64,000 bases of DNA. It comes from Eledone cirrhosa. Taxonomy: Eukaryota. The translations under genes were made by a program, and so were the position numbers. The notes under the pieces are model-generated. The model did not search any database. It had not been told where the DNA came from and saw nothing but the letters and a program-made list of their open reading frames with translations. Location: the NCBI GenBank assembly GCA_964016885.1, contig OZ024746.1:58776001-58840000 (forward strand). The letters run 5' to 3'. This document shows, one piece after another, positions 1 to 17,104 of the stretch; the stretch's first letter is position 1; every line of letters begins with the position of its first letter.

Positions 1-59
1 GTGTTTTTAGAGCAATTTACTGCGTTCAAATCCCACCGAGATGCATTTTACCTTTAAAT

Positions 60-1570
60 CCTGTCCTCCTAGATCTTGCGAAGAAGAGAGGTAAACATAG
101 TAAAAGCGAGATTACTAAACGCTTCTAAAACTGTATTTAGGACTAGCCAGTGAGAAAACGTAAGCGATATTAATGCACACATTAAAAATAATATAAATCT
201 CTCTCAGTAGAATCATACAACCTCTGTCATATCCTGATTCAAAAATATACCCCTGAAAAGTAGAAATAAATTTACAGTTTTACTCCTGTATTCCTGTCTC
301 CTGTTAGTTAATACGTTAGAGTTCGCCCATAGTAAACATGAAATGGAAGTGGTCATGTACGGCTGCAAAAGTTTGGTTTTTATTAACGGATCTATATGGC
401 TTAAAAACTAGAAGATACTTTGTTGTCACGATGGATTCGTATGGCAGTGTTAATATGTGCAACCTGGTTGAATTATATATTTTCCATACACTTTAGTATA
501 AATTATATATGTTCCATACACTTAAGTAAAAATATCCCAACCATTAAACTCTTTTACATTTAGACGATGGCCTAAAAGTATCATAAAATTGTAATGTACA
601 TATCCTAGATATGATCCATAACAAAATTATCTTTACTTTTCCTAACCTAGGACGAACTAACTTCTCTAGTGATAATTTCCTACATGTAAACTTAGACTCG
701 ACTTCAGGTTCTTGCAAAACCATTCGTAAAACTTAGATAAATAAGCATAGATCATTGCCACCACTAGCCGTAGTATTGTAGAAACTAATCCCTAACATTT
801 CTTGTAGGAATTCTAACCTATCATTTCCTAAAGAGCTATTCGATAATGCAGCCGGCTAGGCAACAGAGCCTTACTAGAAAGCCGTTTCAAAAACAAGATT
901 AAGTACAAAGCTAGTATCTCCGCTAAGGCCACAACTAAAATATTATTTTGTTCACACTCATTTATTTGCTAAATGTAAATATGAACGTAGGTAAGACGTT
1001 TTTAGATTTGATAGGAAAACATTTCTCTCTCTACCACTGATATCGCAATATATAGGCATCCTGTTAAGATCTGTTATTCTTGCCGCCCATCTATGTAGTC
1101 GATAATATCTGCAACAAATAAACAGGTAAGAAGCATGATACTCTTTCAGGATGAATGCCGAAACAGATTTTTAATATTACGGTCATAATACATGAGGCCG
1201 GATTTATTTTTAAGCACCAGCCAAACATCGAACAGGACATGGTATATGAGTATGGTGTAAGACAATTTTAAACAAAGGTTTTACAGACATCTCATCATTT
1301 AAATACCTGGAATAACACCCTTGCGAAACCTGTCGGGCAATTGAAACGCAGTAGCCTCTACAATAGAATGAAGAATTATTGGAGAATACAGACCATATTC
1401 TAAGATTTCATAGAGATGGGCTTCTGGAACTAGTGAAACCTTTCTAGTGATTGAAATCATCTTATGAATACTTAATTTTATTAGTTGTTTACATCCCGAT
1501 AGTTACCTGCTTTTCCCATTGAAATACAATCTTTCCAGAGAGCTGTACTTAACCTAACTTAAATGTACAC
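60..1570 (+). pseudogene. Highly decayed Naiad-type Penelope-like element (RT + linker + GIY-YIG remnants)
   Basis: Manual translation across stops and frameshifts gives NINLSQ*NHTTSVIS*FKNIPLKSRNKF (~190-280), an LDDG-like RT motif (~560), NFLHVNLDS, NISCRNSNLSFPKELFDNAA and NVGKTFLDLIGKHF. These are colinear with motifs of the near-intact element at 59642-61806 (LSLW.NTQEVISWF, YRDDG, NFLDITLDL, NISLRISRLS..ERIFDEHA, IGKLFFRLIEKHF). Boundaries are approximate. Confidence 0.7.
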
Positions 1571-1823
1571 CTACAGACTAATATGTTTTTTCTTTTATAT
1601 ATATCTTTCTTTCTCGGATCTGTAATTTCCCAATAACTACATCCGTTTCACTTAAAATAATTCCGTTGATCAGATCCCTTCATAAGTCAAGTTAAACATT
1701 TTAAAAATGAAATGACTGACTTATCGATTGAGATTGTATATATATATATATCATACAAACAGACATTCGTCTCATTCTGACGTCATCAGCCATGTCTCTC
1801 CATGTGCGTTTATTTTTCATAAT

Positions 1824-1870
<47 letters not shown>

Positions 1871-1874
<4 letters not shown>

Positions 1875-2022
1875 GTTTCTACGTTAGGCACAAGGCCAGC
1901 AATTACCCAGTGCATTACTGGTACTTTATTTTATCGACCCCGTAAGGATGAAAGGCAAAGTTAACCTCGGCGGGAATTGAACTCAGAATGGCAAGGGCCG
2001 TAACTCTACACGCCAAAGCATG
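1871..2022 (-). mobile_element. tRNA-derived SINE copy (5'-truncated)
   Basis: Reverse complement of the family consensus seen at 33682-33870 (B-box-like GAGTTCAA.TCC, CTTTGCCTTTCATCCTTACGGGGTCGATAAAA, tail GTAGAAACAATT). Confidence 0.85.
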
Positions 2023-2072
2023 TATATATATATATATAGTTAAAAGAATAGAGGTGTAACACACAAGTTATT

Positions 2073-4022
<1,950 letters not shown>

Positions 4023-4103
4023 TATATATATATATATACATATCGTGTGTATGTGTTTGTTTTCATACGTTGTTTGTATTTATATTTTATTATTTAATAA
4101 CTT

Positions 4104-4390
4104 AGGGCGGTGGATTGGCAGTATCAGTAGAGGATCGGACGAAATGTTTGACGCAGAGTTACGTCCCTTTACGATATGAGTTCAAATCCCGCCGAGGTTA
4201 ACTTTGCCTTTCATCCTTACGGGGTGGATAAAGTAAAGAACCAGTAATGTACTGGTTAATTGATGGCCTTGTGCCAAAAGTAGAAACAATTATTTAATAA
4301 CTTTGCCTTTCGTCGTTACGGGGTCGATAAGATAAACTACAAGTAATGCACTGGGTTATTGCTAGCCTTGTGCCAAAAGTAGAAACAATT
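4104..4390 (+). mobile_element. Full tRNA-derived SINE (4104-4291) with TSD, followed by a partial second copy
   Basis: Head AGGGCGGTGGATTGGCAGTATCAG (A-box-like) and GAGTTCAAATCC (B box). TTATTTAATAACTT is present on both flanks as a target-site duplication. Confidence 0.85.
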
Positions 4391-4443
4391 ATTTAATTAT
4401 TCCTCCTCCCCCACCTTTCGTTGTTAACATGTCCCTTTATGGC

Positions 4444-4600
4444 TTTATTTTTATTTTTATTTTTATTTTTATTTTTATTTTTATTTTTATTTTTATTTTT
4501 ATTTTTATTTTTATTTTTTATTTTATTTTTATTTTTATTTTTATTTTTATTTTTATTTTTATTTTTATTTTTATTTTTATTTTTATTTTTATTTTTATTT
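4444..4600. repeat. (TTTTTA)n microsatellite
   Basis: Direct reading. Confidence 0.95.
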
Positions 4601-5424
4601 ACTTATATATATATATATATATTTTTTTAATCTTATTTATTGATATCTGTCCCCGAACTACTTCACATTGTACATATTAATATATGTATGTGCATATATA
4701 TATATATATCTATATATATATATAATGCCGATTGTGCATTGTTGTGTAATATATGCTGACGGATGGTCCAGTGCACCTTACTGCTGCATTAGTGCGGCAG
4801 AAAATCAAGTTCGGGAACCATTATAGGTACCCGTTTTACGTGTGTTGTGTTGAGGCAAATAACTATGTGTATACTCTGGGAATGTATCTTATATTGCCCA
4901 TGTAGTACGCTGAGATTCAACCGGTCCTGGCATTGATAAATATGCTGGGTCCGTCAACTCCCTATTATATATATATATATATATATATCACCTTACTGCT
5001 ATCCTCTTTCTCCCCCCCCTTCTCTCTCCTTGTACCTCTTGCTTTCATTCACCACCACCACCACCCTCCGCTGGTCACACACTCTCTCGACTGGCCCCTT
5101 CCTCACACTTTTACTCACTGACCCTCTGCTACTCCCCCTCTCTCACTTCCTCCCGTCTGACCTGTGTGAATCCTTTTCTCTTCTCGTTGATTGATTTGTT
5201 CGGACGTACGTCCACAAGATTCATTGACTTGTCTCTCTTTTCCTCGCTTTACGTTGCATTACTACTATGACGTTTGTTTACTTTACCCTTCCAATTCGCT
5301 CTGTCCCGATAACTTAATTTAGTTATCGCTCGTACTGATTTTAGGACCTAGTCTTTAAGGCGAAGAAATACCAATGATAATCAGGAGACTACTGATGATG
5401 GCCAGTCCCGTTTCTCGGTCTAGT

Positions 5425-5935
<511 letters not shown>

Positions 5936-7265
5936 ATTTTACGTTATTATTGAATACATGTGTGAGTGTGCGCCTGTGTGTGCGCATATTTGAGCAAAAG
6001 ATCGCACATTTATATGTGTGTGTTCGTATTTCCATGTAGACGCACATACGTACTATTACATATAAGCGTGTGCTTGAATGTGTGTATGTTTATGTTTTGG
6101 ATATTTATTTATATATTTTTTCCCCTCAATTTTTGCCCGTTATTTGATTTCAGCCTCACTTTCATATTTCCTAAATTTTGTTTTTAAATCCATATTAATT
6201 CTTTCTGACGACTGAAGACAAAAATAAATATCTCTCTTCAAGAAACCAATGAATTAATTATCTTATGTTGTTTATTACATAACTAAAAAGCTCTGTAGCC
6301 TACATAGAGCACTCTCTTTTCCTTTACCTTTCCTACGGAAATACTTCATTTATATATATATATATATATTACCTATGAAACATTGATTAATAAACAGATA
6401 AATAGAAAAGGTAGATAGAGAAAGAGAATGAGAGAGACAGTCAGATAGACAGATAAACAGACTCTGAGAGATTACCAGGAACTAAATGGTGAAAAAGTAA
6501 GGGAAATTGTTAACCGCATAAAAAAAAAACATAGACAGAAAAAGAGGGTGAGTAAACGTGCGGGTGAGAACGAGAGAGAGGGGGGAGGGAGAGAGAGTGT
6601 GATTCAGAAAGTGAGAAAGAAAAAGGGATGTAAAACCATGGAGAAAATGTAGAGAAAAAGAAGTAATGAATGTGTTCTGAAGAAAAAGAAGAAAATACAT
6701 CGCTAAAATGAAAAGAAAACAGACCACCATACTTTAACGTTAAAAGCAGACAATTTCAAGTTGGCTTCTCTGGATGTAAAAACCTAAACCTAGTGGAGAA
6801 TTAGTTTTCTATTTAACGTTATGTGGTTAAATTTGTTTTGCTATTCCTGACTGGCAAGGAAGTCAATTATTTTTACAACTCGAAATCTGACAGTTCCAGG
6901 TTGTTCTTTTCAAGAAGCAATTCATCTGTATTAATTATCTGTCATGCTACAAAACACTTAGACGATAAAACATCGGCCATCTTAGCTGTTCTTTTTTTTT
7001 TCTTTACTTCTGTTCTCCATTTTTTTATTTTTTCCTTTACTTTCGCTTTTGGCCACCATTTATTAGTATTATCATCAACATCATCATCAACTTCCATCAT
7101 CATCATCATCGTCGTCATCATCATCATGAGCATCATCATCATCAACATCATTATTATATTGTTTTTCATGTTTTTGTTGTTGTTGTCATCATCACTATTA
7201 GCAAGAGCAGTAGCAGCAGCAGCATTATTGTTATTATTGCTGTTGTTGTTATAGTCATCATTTTC

Positions 7266-7355
<90 letters not shown>

Positions 7356-7603
7356 GGTGGTGGTGGTGGTGATGGTGGTGGTGGTGGTGGTGGTGGTGAT
7401 GGTGGTGGTGGTGGTGGTGTTGTTGTCGTTATTGTTTTCATAGCCGTCACAATCATCTTGATAAATATTACGAATATCACCTTTACTACTGTTATTAATA
7501 ATTATCATCATCTCATATCATCATCTTCATCAAGATCATTCCCAGCCTCCTCTTTATCATCATCAGCATCGTCACCACCGTCCTCATCACCATCAACAAC
7601 AAC

Positions 7604-7647
<44 letters not shown>

Positions 7648-7728
7648 AATCCCGCCAAGGTTAGCTTTACCCTTCATCCTTACGGGGGTCGATAAAATAA
7701 AGCCCCAGTAATGCACTGGGGTCGATCT

Positions 7729-7928
7729 NNNNNNNNNNNNNNNNNNNNNNNNNNNNNNNNNNNNNNNNNNNNNNNNNNNNNNNNNNNNNNNNNNNNNNNN
7801 NNNNNNNNNNNNNNNNNNNNNNNNNNNNNNNNNNNNNNNNNNNNNNNNNNNNNNNNNNNNNNNNNNNNNNNNNNNNNNNNNNNNNNNNNNNNNNNNNNNN
7901 NNNNNNNNNNNNNNNNNNNNNNNNNNNN
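7729..7928. other. Assembly gap (200 N), directly after a partial SINE (7643-7728)
   Basis: Run of N. Confidence 1.
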
Positions 7929-8385
7929 AGTCATTAAATAAATAAATCTCGCTACCTTCATCCTTTAATTCTCTAATAACTTATTTTTCAATTTATCATT
8001 TTGCAATTTAATATTTTTAATTTTAATTTAATTTCATCCTATAACTCGCAACATAAGTTTAACGTACCAATCTTCGGTTCACACATTAGACCATACAGAC
8101 ACCCATTATAGATTCTTTGGGGCAACATTTTTTCGCGGCATTTTCTAGCATGAATGTAGTATGACCCTTACATTACACTTCTTTCTCCCTTTCTTTCTTT
8201 TTTCCCCTTCTTGGACGGGGTGGTGGTAGTGCATTATAAGCCTTCGCCCCCTCACCAGATATTCATTAGTAGCTTCAGTTGCCAACACTTTGAGGCGACT
8301 GGCCGAGAAGCTAGTTGGCAGTCGTCCTCTCTGTCTCTGATTTTTCGGACCCATGGTTTTTTACATATTCCTTTGTTATATTCCA

Positions 8386-8443
8386 ATACCTGATGATATC
8401 ACCGGATTCATATGGAACCCGGTCATTGAAATGATCATAGTAT
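8386..8443 (+). ncRNA. Type I hammerhead ribozyme motif (U10.1/U11.1 variant)
   Basis: ATAC-CTGATGA-T-ATCACCGG..CCGGTCAT-T-GAAA-TGATCA-TA/GTAT. Palindromic stem III, predicted AUA cleavage triplet. Confidence 0.65.
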
Positions 8444-8537
8444 AATAAACCTTTCAAGAATTTACACCAGTCCAGCCTCCCTGTTATTTTATTTCATTTA
8501 TATAAATATATATATATATATATAAATATATATATAC

Positions 8538-8690
8538 ATATATATATACATACACAGTGGAGGCACGTGGCCTAGTGGTAAGAGTGTTGGACTTACGATC
8601 ATAATGTACTCCCAGTCACTTCACGCCATGAAACCGGGATAAGCAACGGCCAAATGGGCCTTCTGGCTTAAGACAGACTTTAGACTTTTT
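8538..8690 (+). mobile_element. Second tRNA-derived SINE family fragment (internally deleted)
   Basis: tRNA-like head GGAGGCACGTGGCCTAGTGGTAAGAG (A box TGGCCTAGTGG) and a tail GAAACCGGGATAAGC..GGCC. Confidence 0.55.
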
Positions 8691-8802
8691 TTAGATATAA
8701 ATACAGTTCAACAAAATTGTATGGAACGTTTCACAAGCTCGCTCTCCTTTACTATCTCACCCTCTATCTTTCTCTCTCTATCTCTCTCTCTATCTCTCTT
8801 TA

Positions 8803-8866
<64 letters not shown>

Positions 8867-8924
8867 AGTATGTATGAATATATATATATGTGTGTATATA
8901 TATACATACATATATATGTATATT

Positions 8925-8955
<31 letters not shown>

Positions 8956-9127
8956 CTGTATGTATGTATATATATATTATCCATACAGATAGATAGATAT
9001 ATCCTAACACACATATATAGATATATATATGTATGTATGTATATATATATATTATATACACATATATATATATTATACATACTTACATGTATATATATAT
9101 ACACATATATAAATATTCATACATACT

Positions 9128-9165
<38 letters not shown>

Positions 9166-9525
9166 CATAGTTAGAGATAGTAATGGAGAGAGAGCTTGTG
9201 AAACGTTCCATACAATGTTGTTGAACTGTATTAATAAAGTGCTATTATTTTAGATTAATATATTAATTTCTGAACTATCATTTTAGAAATAATGGTTGAT
9301 TCCTTCATAGAACATTCCACTTTGCTTATGAATGAACACACATTACACACATACACACATACTGACCTGACATACTCACACATATACAATGGTACACTCT
9401 CACACTCGTACAGATATTATCACGCTCATCATCACACATACGAACCCTCTTATACATACTCTATGCATATACACACTCTACGATACTCACACAGCAGCAT
9501 CCAGATTAACACACATTACCTCTCA

Positions 9526-9564
<39 letters not shown>

Positions 9565-10244
9565 CCATCTTTCTCTCTCCTCTCCTTATCTCTCTCTCTC
9601 TCTCTCTTTCTCTCTCTTTGCCTCTCTTTTACTTTCTTACGCCAACACACATACTATCCTTCTAATACACACTCTAGGATATACATACAGCAGCATACAG
9701 ATTAACACACATTACACTCTCACCATCTCTCTCTCTCTCTCCCTCTCTCTCTCTCTCTCTTTCTCTTTCTCTCTTTGCCTCTTTCTCTTAGTTTCTTACA
9801 CACACACGCTCGTCATGACGCACGCGCAATAACACACAGGCCTAGCTATCATCTGATTCTCTCCCTCTCTTTATCTCTCTCTCTTACGCTCTCTTCTCCC
9901 CCCTCTCTCTCCCCCCTCTCTCTTCTCTCTCTCTCTCTCTCTCTCTTACACACATTCATAATACATTAACATCTGTATCTGCAGCCACACATAAAAACTA
10001 ACACAAGTAACCATACTGTTTCACCTATACACACACACACAGATACACCGATACACTCACACACACTCACACACATACACAAACACTCACACACATAAAC
10101 ACTCACACGCACTGACACCAAGCACCTACACACAGATACACACACACACACACTGCAACTCATCCAATCGCTAACACGTTTACACACAGTAATACCCACA
10201 TACATTAATCAATTCACAAAACCCACTATCACACACACACATAA

Positions 10245-10301
<57 letters not shown>

Positions 10302-10706
10302 TAGAAATGGCCACTATATATACACTAACAACACACTAATAACACTATATCATCAATCACTAAAACCCACTATCATACACACACATATAGGCACACACAC
10401 ACGCACCCACACACCCACACACACCCACACACATATAGGCACACACGCACACACCCACACGCACACACACATACACACCACACACACGCATTCACACACA
10501 CACATACCCCCCCCCCCACACACACACACATATAGTAATGGCCACTATATGTACACTAACAACACACTAACAACACTATCACACCTATTGAAATCTGTCA
10601 TCACCGTTCCTGTTATTTCCATTAAACTATCAAAATTCTGAATTTATTTCTGCAGACATTAAGCAACTTTCAAGAAATTATCATTACACTATAACAACAC
10701 AACACC

Positions 10707-10772
10707 ACTGCTACTACTACTACCACTACCACTACCACTACTACTACTACTACTACTAATGCTACTGCTCTT

Positions 10773-10819
<47 letters not shown>

Positions 10820-10862
10820 GCTGCTACTACTACTACTACTACTACTACTACTGCTGCTACCA

Positions 10863-10906
<44 letters not shown>

Positions 10907-10946
10907 GCTACTACTGCTGCTACTGCTGATGCTGCTGCTGCTGCTA

Positions 10947-10981
<35 letters not shown>

Positions 10982-11080
10982 GCTGCTGCTCCTGCTACTA
11001 CTACTACTACTACTACTGCTGTTGGTGCTGTTGCTACTACTACTACTACTACTACTACTGCTGCTACTGCTGCTGCTACA

Positions 11081-11122
<42 letters not shown>

Positions 11123-11399
11123 GCTACTACTGCTACTACTGCTGCTACTGCTGCTGCTGCTCCTGCTACTACTACTACTACTATCACTGCTGCTGCTGTT
11201 ACTACTTCTACTAATACTACTATTACTACTGCTACTACTACTACTACTACTACTACAACTACTACTACTACTACAGTTGCTGCTACTAGTACTGGCTGCT
11301 ACTACTGCTGCTATTACATACTACTACTATACCTGCTGCTGCTACTACTGCTGCTGCTACTGCTACTACTACTACTGCTACTGCTGCTAATACTACTAT

Positions 11400-11431
<32 letters not shown>

Positions 11432-11553
11432 GTACTACTCCTGTTGCTGTTACTGCTGTTGCTACTACTACTACTACTACTACGGCTACTGGCTACTGCT
11501 ACTACTAACCACTACTAGTACTACTCCTGCTACTACTGTTGCTGTTACTACTG

Positions 11554-11603
<50 letters not shown>
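10707..11603. repeat. (CTA/CTG)n trinucleotide array
   Basis: Direct reading. Confidence 0.95.
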
Positions 11604-11604
<1 letters not shown>

Positions 11605-11891
11605 TTTTTCCGTTTATTTTTTTTAAAGTTTATGTAATTCTTGTGGTTGAAAAATACTTCAGTTTCTTTTAGCCGGAGGTGGACGCTGAAAATAGTAATG
11701 TTCAAATTATGAAGCTAAATAGCAAAGAAGAGATTTAGTTTTTTCATTTTAGATTTTATAATTTTCATTTTTATTATTTTATATTTTATATTTTTTTTTC
11801 CCCAGTTCTAATCGACTGGTGATTTGTATTTGAATTCGATTACTAAAATCTTTTATTAAAAAAATGAATTTATATATATATATATTCATTT

Positions 11892-11958
<67 letters not shown>

Positions 11959-12388
11959 TCATTTATATGTATATATATTTATATATATATATATATATTA
12001 TTCATTTATTTATATATGTATATATATATATACATTTATATATATATATAAGTATATTAAGTATTACTATATATATCTATATGTATATCTATTCTTTCTA
12101 ACTAGCCCTCTCTCACTCGCTCTCTTTATATATGTATAATCAATTTAAATAGCGATATACATATATATATATATTATATATATATTATATATATATATAT
12201 ATATAATATATATATATATAATATAATATATATATATATATAATGAAAAGTATAGAAATTGTAGTAGCGAGAAGCTAACAGTATTCCATAACATTATATA
12301 TATATATATATATAAATGAAAAGTATAGAAATTGTTTGTAGCGAGAAGCTAACAGTATTCCATAACATATATATAATATATATATATA

Positions 12389-12427
<39 letters not shown>

Positions 12428-12460
12428 ATAATATTATACTATATATATATATAATAAATA

Positions 12461-12517
<57 letters not shown>

Positions 12518-13038
12518 ATATGTATGTATATTTACGTATATATGGAGAGAAAAATTGTGCATGTACATGTGTGTGGTGCGTGTGTGTGTCTGTGTGTGTA
12601 TATAAGGAAAATGAGAGAGAAAGGAAAGACACGGGAAACAACGTGAGAAGAAGTGACATTTTATGGAACAGAAGAAAAATATTAAATACTGTTGTAGAGC
12701 GGAAATTTCTTTACAGATTACATCAAAATTCCAAACGATACCGTGACAGTATCATGTTCAGTACATGGAAGTCGTTGTTATACCATAGTGATTCCTTGTG
12801 GATTAAGAAACAAGGGAAAAATCATCACAGATGCATTCATATATTTATCAACAGGTACTAGGCAACATGATTAGAAATCCCTTTAAGCAATCTTCTTACA
12901 GTTTGAATTGAATTGCACCTAATTATAATAGTGTGATAATGAGGAGCGTATTAAATAAAAGGGAAAATGAATACGTTTCAATCTGCAAAAGTGTGCTTCA
13001 GGACTCAGTTCCCCCCACGGCCCTCCCATGAATAAGTG

Positions 13039-13171
13039 AGAAGAAGAAGAAGAAGAAGAAGAAGAAGAAGAAGAAGAAGAAGAAGAAGAAGAAGAAGAAG
13101 AAGAAGAAGAAGAAGAAGAAGAAGAAGAAGAAGAAGAAGAAGAAGAAGAAGAAGAAGAAGAAGAAGAAGAA
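13039..13171. repeat. Pure (AAG)n microsatellite
   Basis: Direct reading. Confidence 0.97.
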
Positions 13172-14136
13172 TTATGTTGACTTCTTCATTACTGATTGTT
13201 TTTGCAATAATTATAATTTCACACGTTTTATCATCTGCATTATAAAACCATCTTCGTGGTGGTCAAAATATTGAAACATTCATTAGACAGTTAAGTAAGG
13301 CAAACATTGAATGTTAACGGCAACAACTGAGAAGAAAATGATGAACAGTCTATACACCAAAGATTGTTTAACCGTGTAATCATTCAAGAAAAAATATTGA
13401 GTCAATTTTGTTAAGAATCTAATGATTTCTAGGTTCAGCTAATACGGTTTTACGAACAACTAGACGGAACTTACACACTTCATATATCTGGCTGTGCAGT
13501 CAAGAAAAATAATAATGGCAAGAAAACAACATCGGTCTGGAAGAAAATGCGTGATGTAATAATTATTCATGAAGTAAAATTAATTTTGTTCTTTCTTCAC
13601 AGTAAAACAGTCATCTATAAATCAGAATTACACAGAAAACATTCAGTTAAAAATACGATCTAATGTCCAATTTCTTTAAAAGAATAATTAATTTATTTCG
13701 AATTCTGCCAATAAATTAAAATGTGCAAAAATAAATACGTACATATATGGCGAAATAGAAATATAGCGAAGTTGCAAAACTGAATACAGAACAAAAAGAA
13801 ATTTACGTTGAGACAAACCTATCGCTTTTATGTACAAATATGAATTTACAGCATAGCAGGGTGTATGTCATATTGTAAACTATTTATAAACCTGCGTCAG
13901 ACGACGGGTAATTCTGAGACGTTTATCAATGTGGGTAACAGTAGGAGAATAAATAAAGATGTATAAATATATCTATACAAATACAGAACGAAGTGTCTGA
14001 AAAATACCCAAAAATGGTTAAACGAATTCACTACAACTGGTTTTGACTAAGATTATGCATGCTATTGCCCCGCGGTCCATCACTACAGATATATTATTAA
14101 CGAAAGCAACAAAAAGGTAATACACAATTGAAGGTG

Positions 14137-14168
<32 letters not shown>

Positions 14169-14212
14169 TAATTCAAAATATTAACAAAAATAGAACTTCT
14201 TGTGATCAAGTA

Positions 14213-14279
14213 TATTTTATTATACATATTTCAGAGGTACTGAGCTAACTTCAACAGTACGTCCTCATCAGATAAAATA
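14213..14279 (-). ncRNA. Type I hammerhead ribozyme motif (same family as 58212 and 18043)
   Basis: Reverse complement reads TATTTTAT-CTGATGA-GGACGTACTG..CAGTACCTCT-GAAA-TATGTATA/ATAAAATA. Perfect 8-bp stem I, and flanks homologous to 58180-58290. Confidence 0.8.
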
Positions 14280-14570
14280 AGATGATGTATGGCATACCCT
14301 GACATAGTAGATGGTTAAGATCCAGTCATGGTAGTCAAAATTTAATATTAATAACTCCGGAAAACCAAACAAGTTGAGTGCTTCCAATCTATTGTAAAAC
14401 TCATTCTTTGATTTATTCATTGAACCTTGTTTAACCTTTATATATATATATATATATAAAAGGGCGGGCTGTGTGGTTGCACTTAAATATAATGAAAATA
14501 AAAAGTCACGAAAGAGGGTAATATCCATCATTAGTTGTCTGCTAGGAATCATCGATATTTCTTCGCGTTA

Positions 14571-14615
<45 letters not shown>

Positions 14616-14828
14616 AATAGAAATAGAAGGCTTCGCCGTAACATTTGACTAAATAAAATAGACTCTGTGTGATGATACCTATTTTTTCCGATCAATGTGT
14701 TAATACGAGGCGTTATAAGACTATATTAGTCTAGTGTAATGTTACTGCGAAGCCTTCTCTCTCTCTCTCTATCTATCTCTCTCTCGATATATATATATAC
14801 GTGTGTGTGTGTGTGTGTGTGTGGCTGT

Positions 14829-14926
<98 letters not shown>

Positions 14927-14994
14927 TCCGGGTTCAATCGGAGGGTAACCACAGTAATTAAGGTATTCAATACATAGTAGAGTATAAATATTTA

Positions 14995-15111
14995 ATATTG
15001 AAATGGCTTCTGCAGGAATTAAACTGTTTCATTCGAACGAAATCATCAGGAAAACCCTGGTGATTTCCTTCAAATGAAACTGTTCTAGTCCTGCAGAAGC
15101 CATTTCTATAT

Positions 15112-15116
<5 letters not shown>
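14995..15116. mobile_element. Inverted pair of decayed HHR-bearing PLE-end fragments (family of 16558/42059)
   Basis: The left arm is the reverse complement of the right arm. Cores are mutated (cleavage triplet GCA in both; CTGGTGA in the right copy). Confidence 0.7.
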
Positions 15117-15170
<54 letters not shown>

Positions 15171-16522
15171 TATATATATATTCCATTCGACAAAAAATTA
15201 CGGACTGGTATACACAAGACCTAAACATTTTACAGACGCTCAAAACCATGAATATACAGCATTGTTGTGAATATGTAATATTCTAGAATATATATAATAT
15301 TCTCTATCTGGTAGATTAAATTCGTAAATTAGTTGCTTCACTAGCATAGCAACATTAGAAAAGAGATTTAGCAGTTGATGGTCAGCAAAGATAACATTAT
15401 TTTATGGAGATTGGGGGGGGGGGGGGGTTCAAGGGATAGTCCAATACAATCAAAAACAAAGAGAATAGAAAAAATGTAATTTTTTGGAAGAAACGGAAAA
15501 CCTTATCTGAATGCTTGCAGCTACTTGAACTCAGGTAAAGTCAACCAAAAATCAACACTTTATGTGAAGGGTCTGGACAAGGTTTTTCAGGAAGAATAGC
15601 AGTAGCCAATGCATACAAAATAATCTCTCTGTATGCTACAGATGCTATCCATGTGAAAGGCAAACCCTGATACCGCTTGGCACGAGTGTTGGCATAGGCG
15701 TTTCAGTTGCAGTTAGAACTCAGGGACACGGAAAGATATGGTTTTAACTGATACCACTGTGGATATGTTACATTCTTGCTCAAGGGGGATGATGTTCATC
15801 TCCTGCATGAACAACCTGGTGTGGAAGAGCTCTACCGCTTGTTGGTGATATGGAATTTTATACTACCGAGGATGCTATTTATACTTATTGATCCCGAAAG
15901 AGTGACTAGTAAAGCTGGCTTTGGTGGAACTTGAACATAAAGTGTAGAGATTAGGTATACATATTTATTCGGACAACTTTGCTAGTTTGTCGCCTGTATT
16001 AAGAGAAATATAAATTCTCATGCACTTGCTGAAGTAGGAACAACGTTGAAATAATGGTGACATTTATGGAGAAATCATTTACGATGGGGAAAATAATAGA
16101 AAAAATGGAAATATTGTAAAACACAAATTCATGCATCCTGTGAAGATTTGCTAATACAAAGTGCTTTCCATATGATATTTCCGGGGAACCAGCTTTATAT
16201 GTTAAGAGGTGCAATATAAAGGAAGGAAGTAAATAAACTTTATTCAATGGATTAAACCTAAACTCGAAGACATTTTCACAAGTGCTTTCAATGGAACTAC
16301 CAAAAACATTTTCCGAGCACATTAACAAATTTTTCAAATACCATTTAAATCATATGAACATTTCAACTGAGTGAATATATTTTTAAAATGTAAACAAAAG
16401 GAAGAAACCATAGACACACACACACATACACACATACAGACATACTGACACACACGGACAAACGCAGGCACACGCGCACATTTATACACACATACATGTG
16501 TATACATTTTGGGGGTACATCC

Positions 16523-16557
<35 letters not shown>

Positions 16558-16558
<1 letters not shown>

Positions 16559-16606
16559 CTTCCTGATGATTTCTCCCGAATGAAACAGTTCTAGTCCTGT
16601 AGAAGC
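16558..16606 (+). ncRNA. Minimal type I hammerhead ribozyme motif (U10.1/U11.1 variant)
   Basis: GCTTC-CTGATGA-T-TTC-TCCC-GAA-T-GAAACAG-TTCTAGTC-CTGTA/GAAGC. GUA triplet, lying next to (TA)n. Confidence 0.75.
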
Positions 16607-16625
16607 CATTTCTATATTAAATATT

Positions 16626-16657
<32 letters not shown>

Positions 16658-16910
16658 CAAATATAAATTAGCGAGAATCGTATTTCGACTATTGGAAATT
16701 AGTGAAAAACAACTTCCGAGATGTGTGGCAAGCGCTCCATAGAAGCTAGTGAATTAGAGCTACAACATAAGTTAAAAGGTCAAACACACTGAGACGAGGG
16801 TTAAACCATTATCCGCGCAGCCATAGAAACGACCAAGTAATTCGGGTCAAACAAATAAAATATATATATTATATGTATATAAAATATATATATTATATAT
16901 ATATATAATA

Positions 16911-16941
<31 letters not shown>

Positions 16942-17030
16942 ATTTAAAGACTAAACTCCAAAGAGGGCTCGATAAGGATAAATATATATCAGATATATAA
17001 AAACCGTAGAGCAAATATTTATTAAAATAA

Positions 17031-17104
17031 CAGATTAAAGTTTAAGCAAAGAATCGCTGCTTTCACCCTTAATGGGATCTTCTGAAACTAAAAAAGTCAA
17101 TCTG
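17031..17104 (-). ncRNA. Decayed hammerhead motif (core CAGAAGA; U10.1/U11.1)
   Basis: Reverse complement reads CAGATTGA..AGTTT-CAGAAGA-T-CCC-ATTAA-GGG-T-GAAAGCA..TGCTT/AAACT-TTAATCTG. Part of the same family recurs rearranged at 18662-18800. Confidence 0.6.

Noticed and set aside
1755-1800. Minus-strand CTGATGA-CGTC..GACGAA possible hammerhead (similar weak cases at ~5390, 13930, 40580, 51890, 53025, 56790)
   Set aside because: The core is incomplete or stems I/III are missing. These may be relics but cannot be supported individually.
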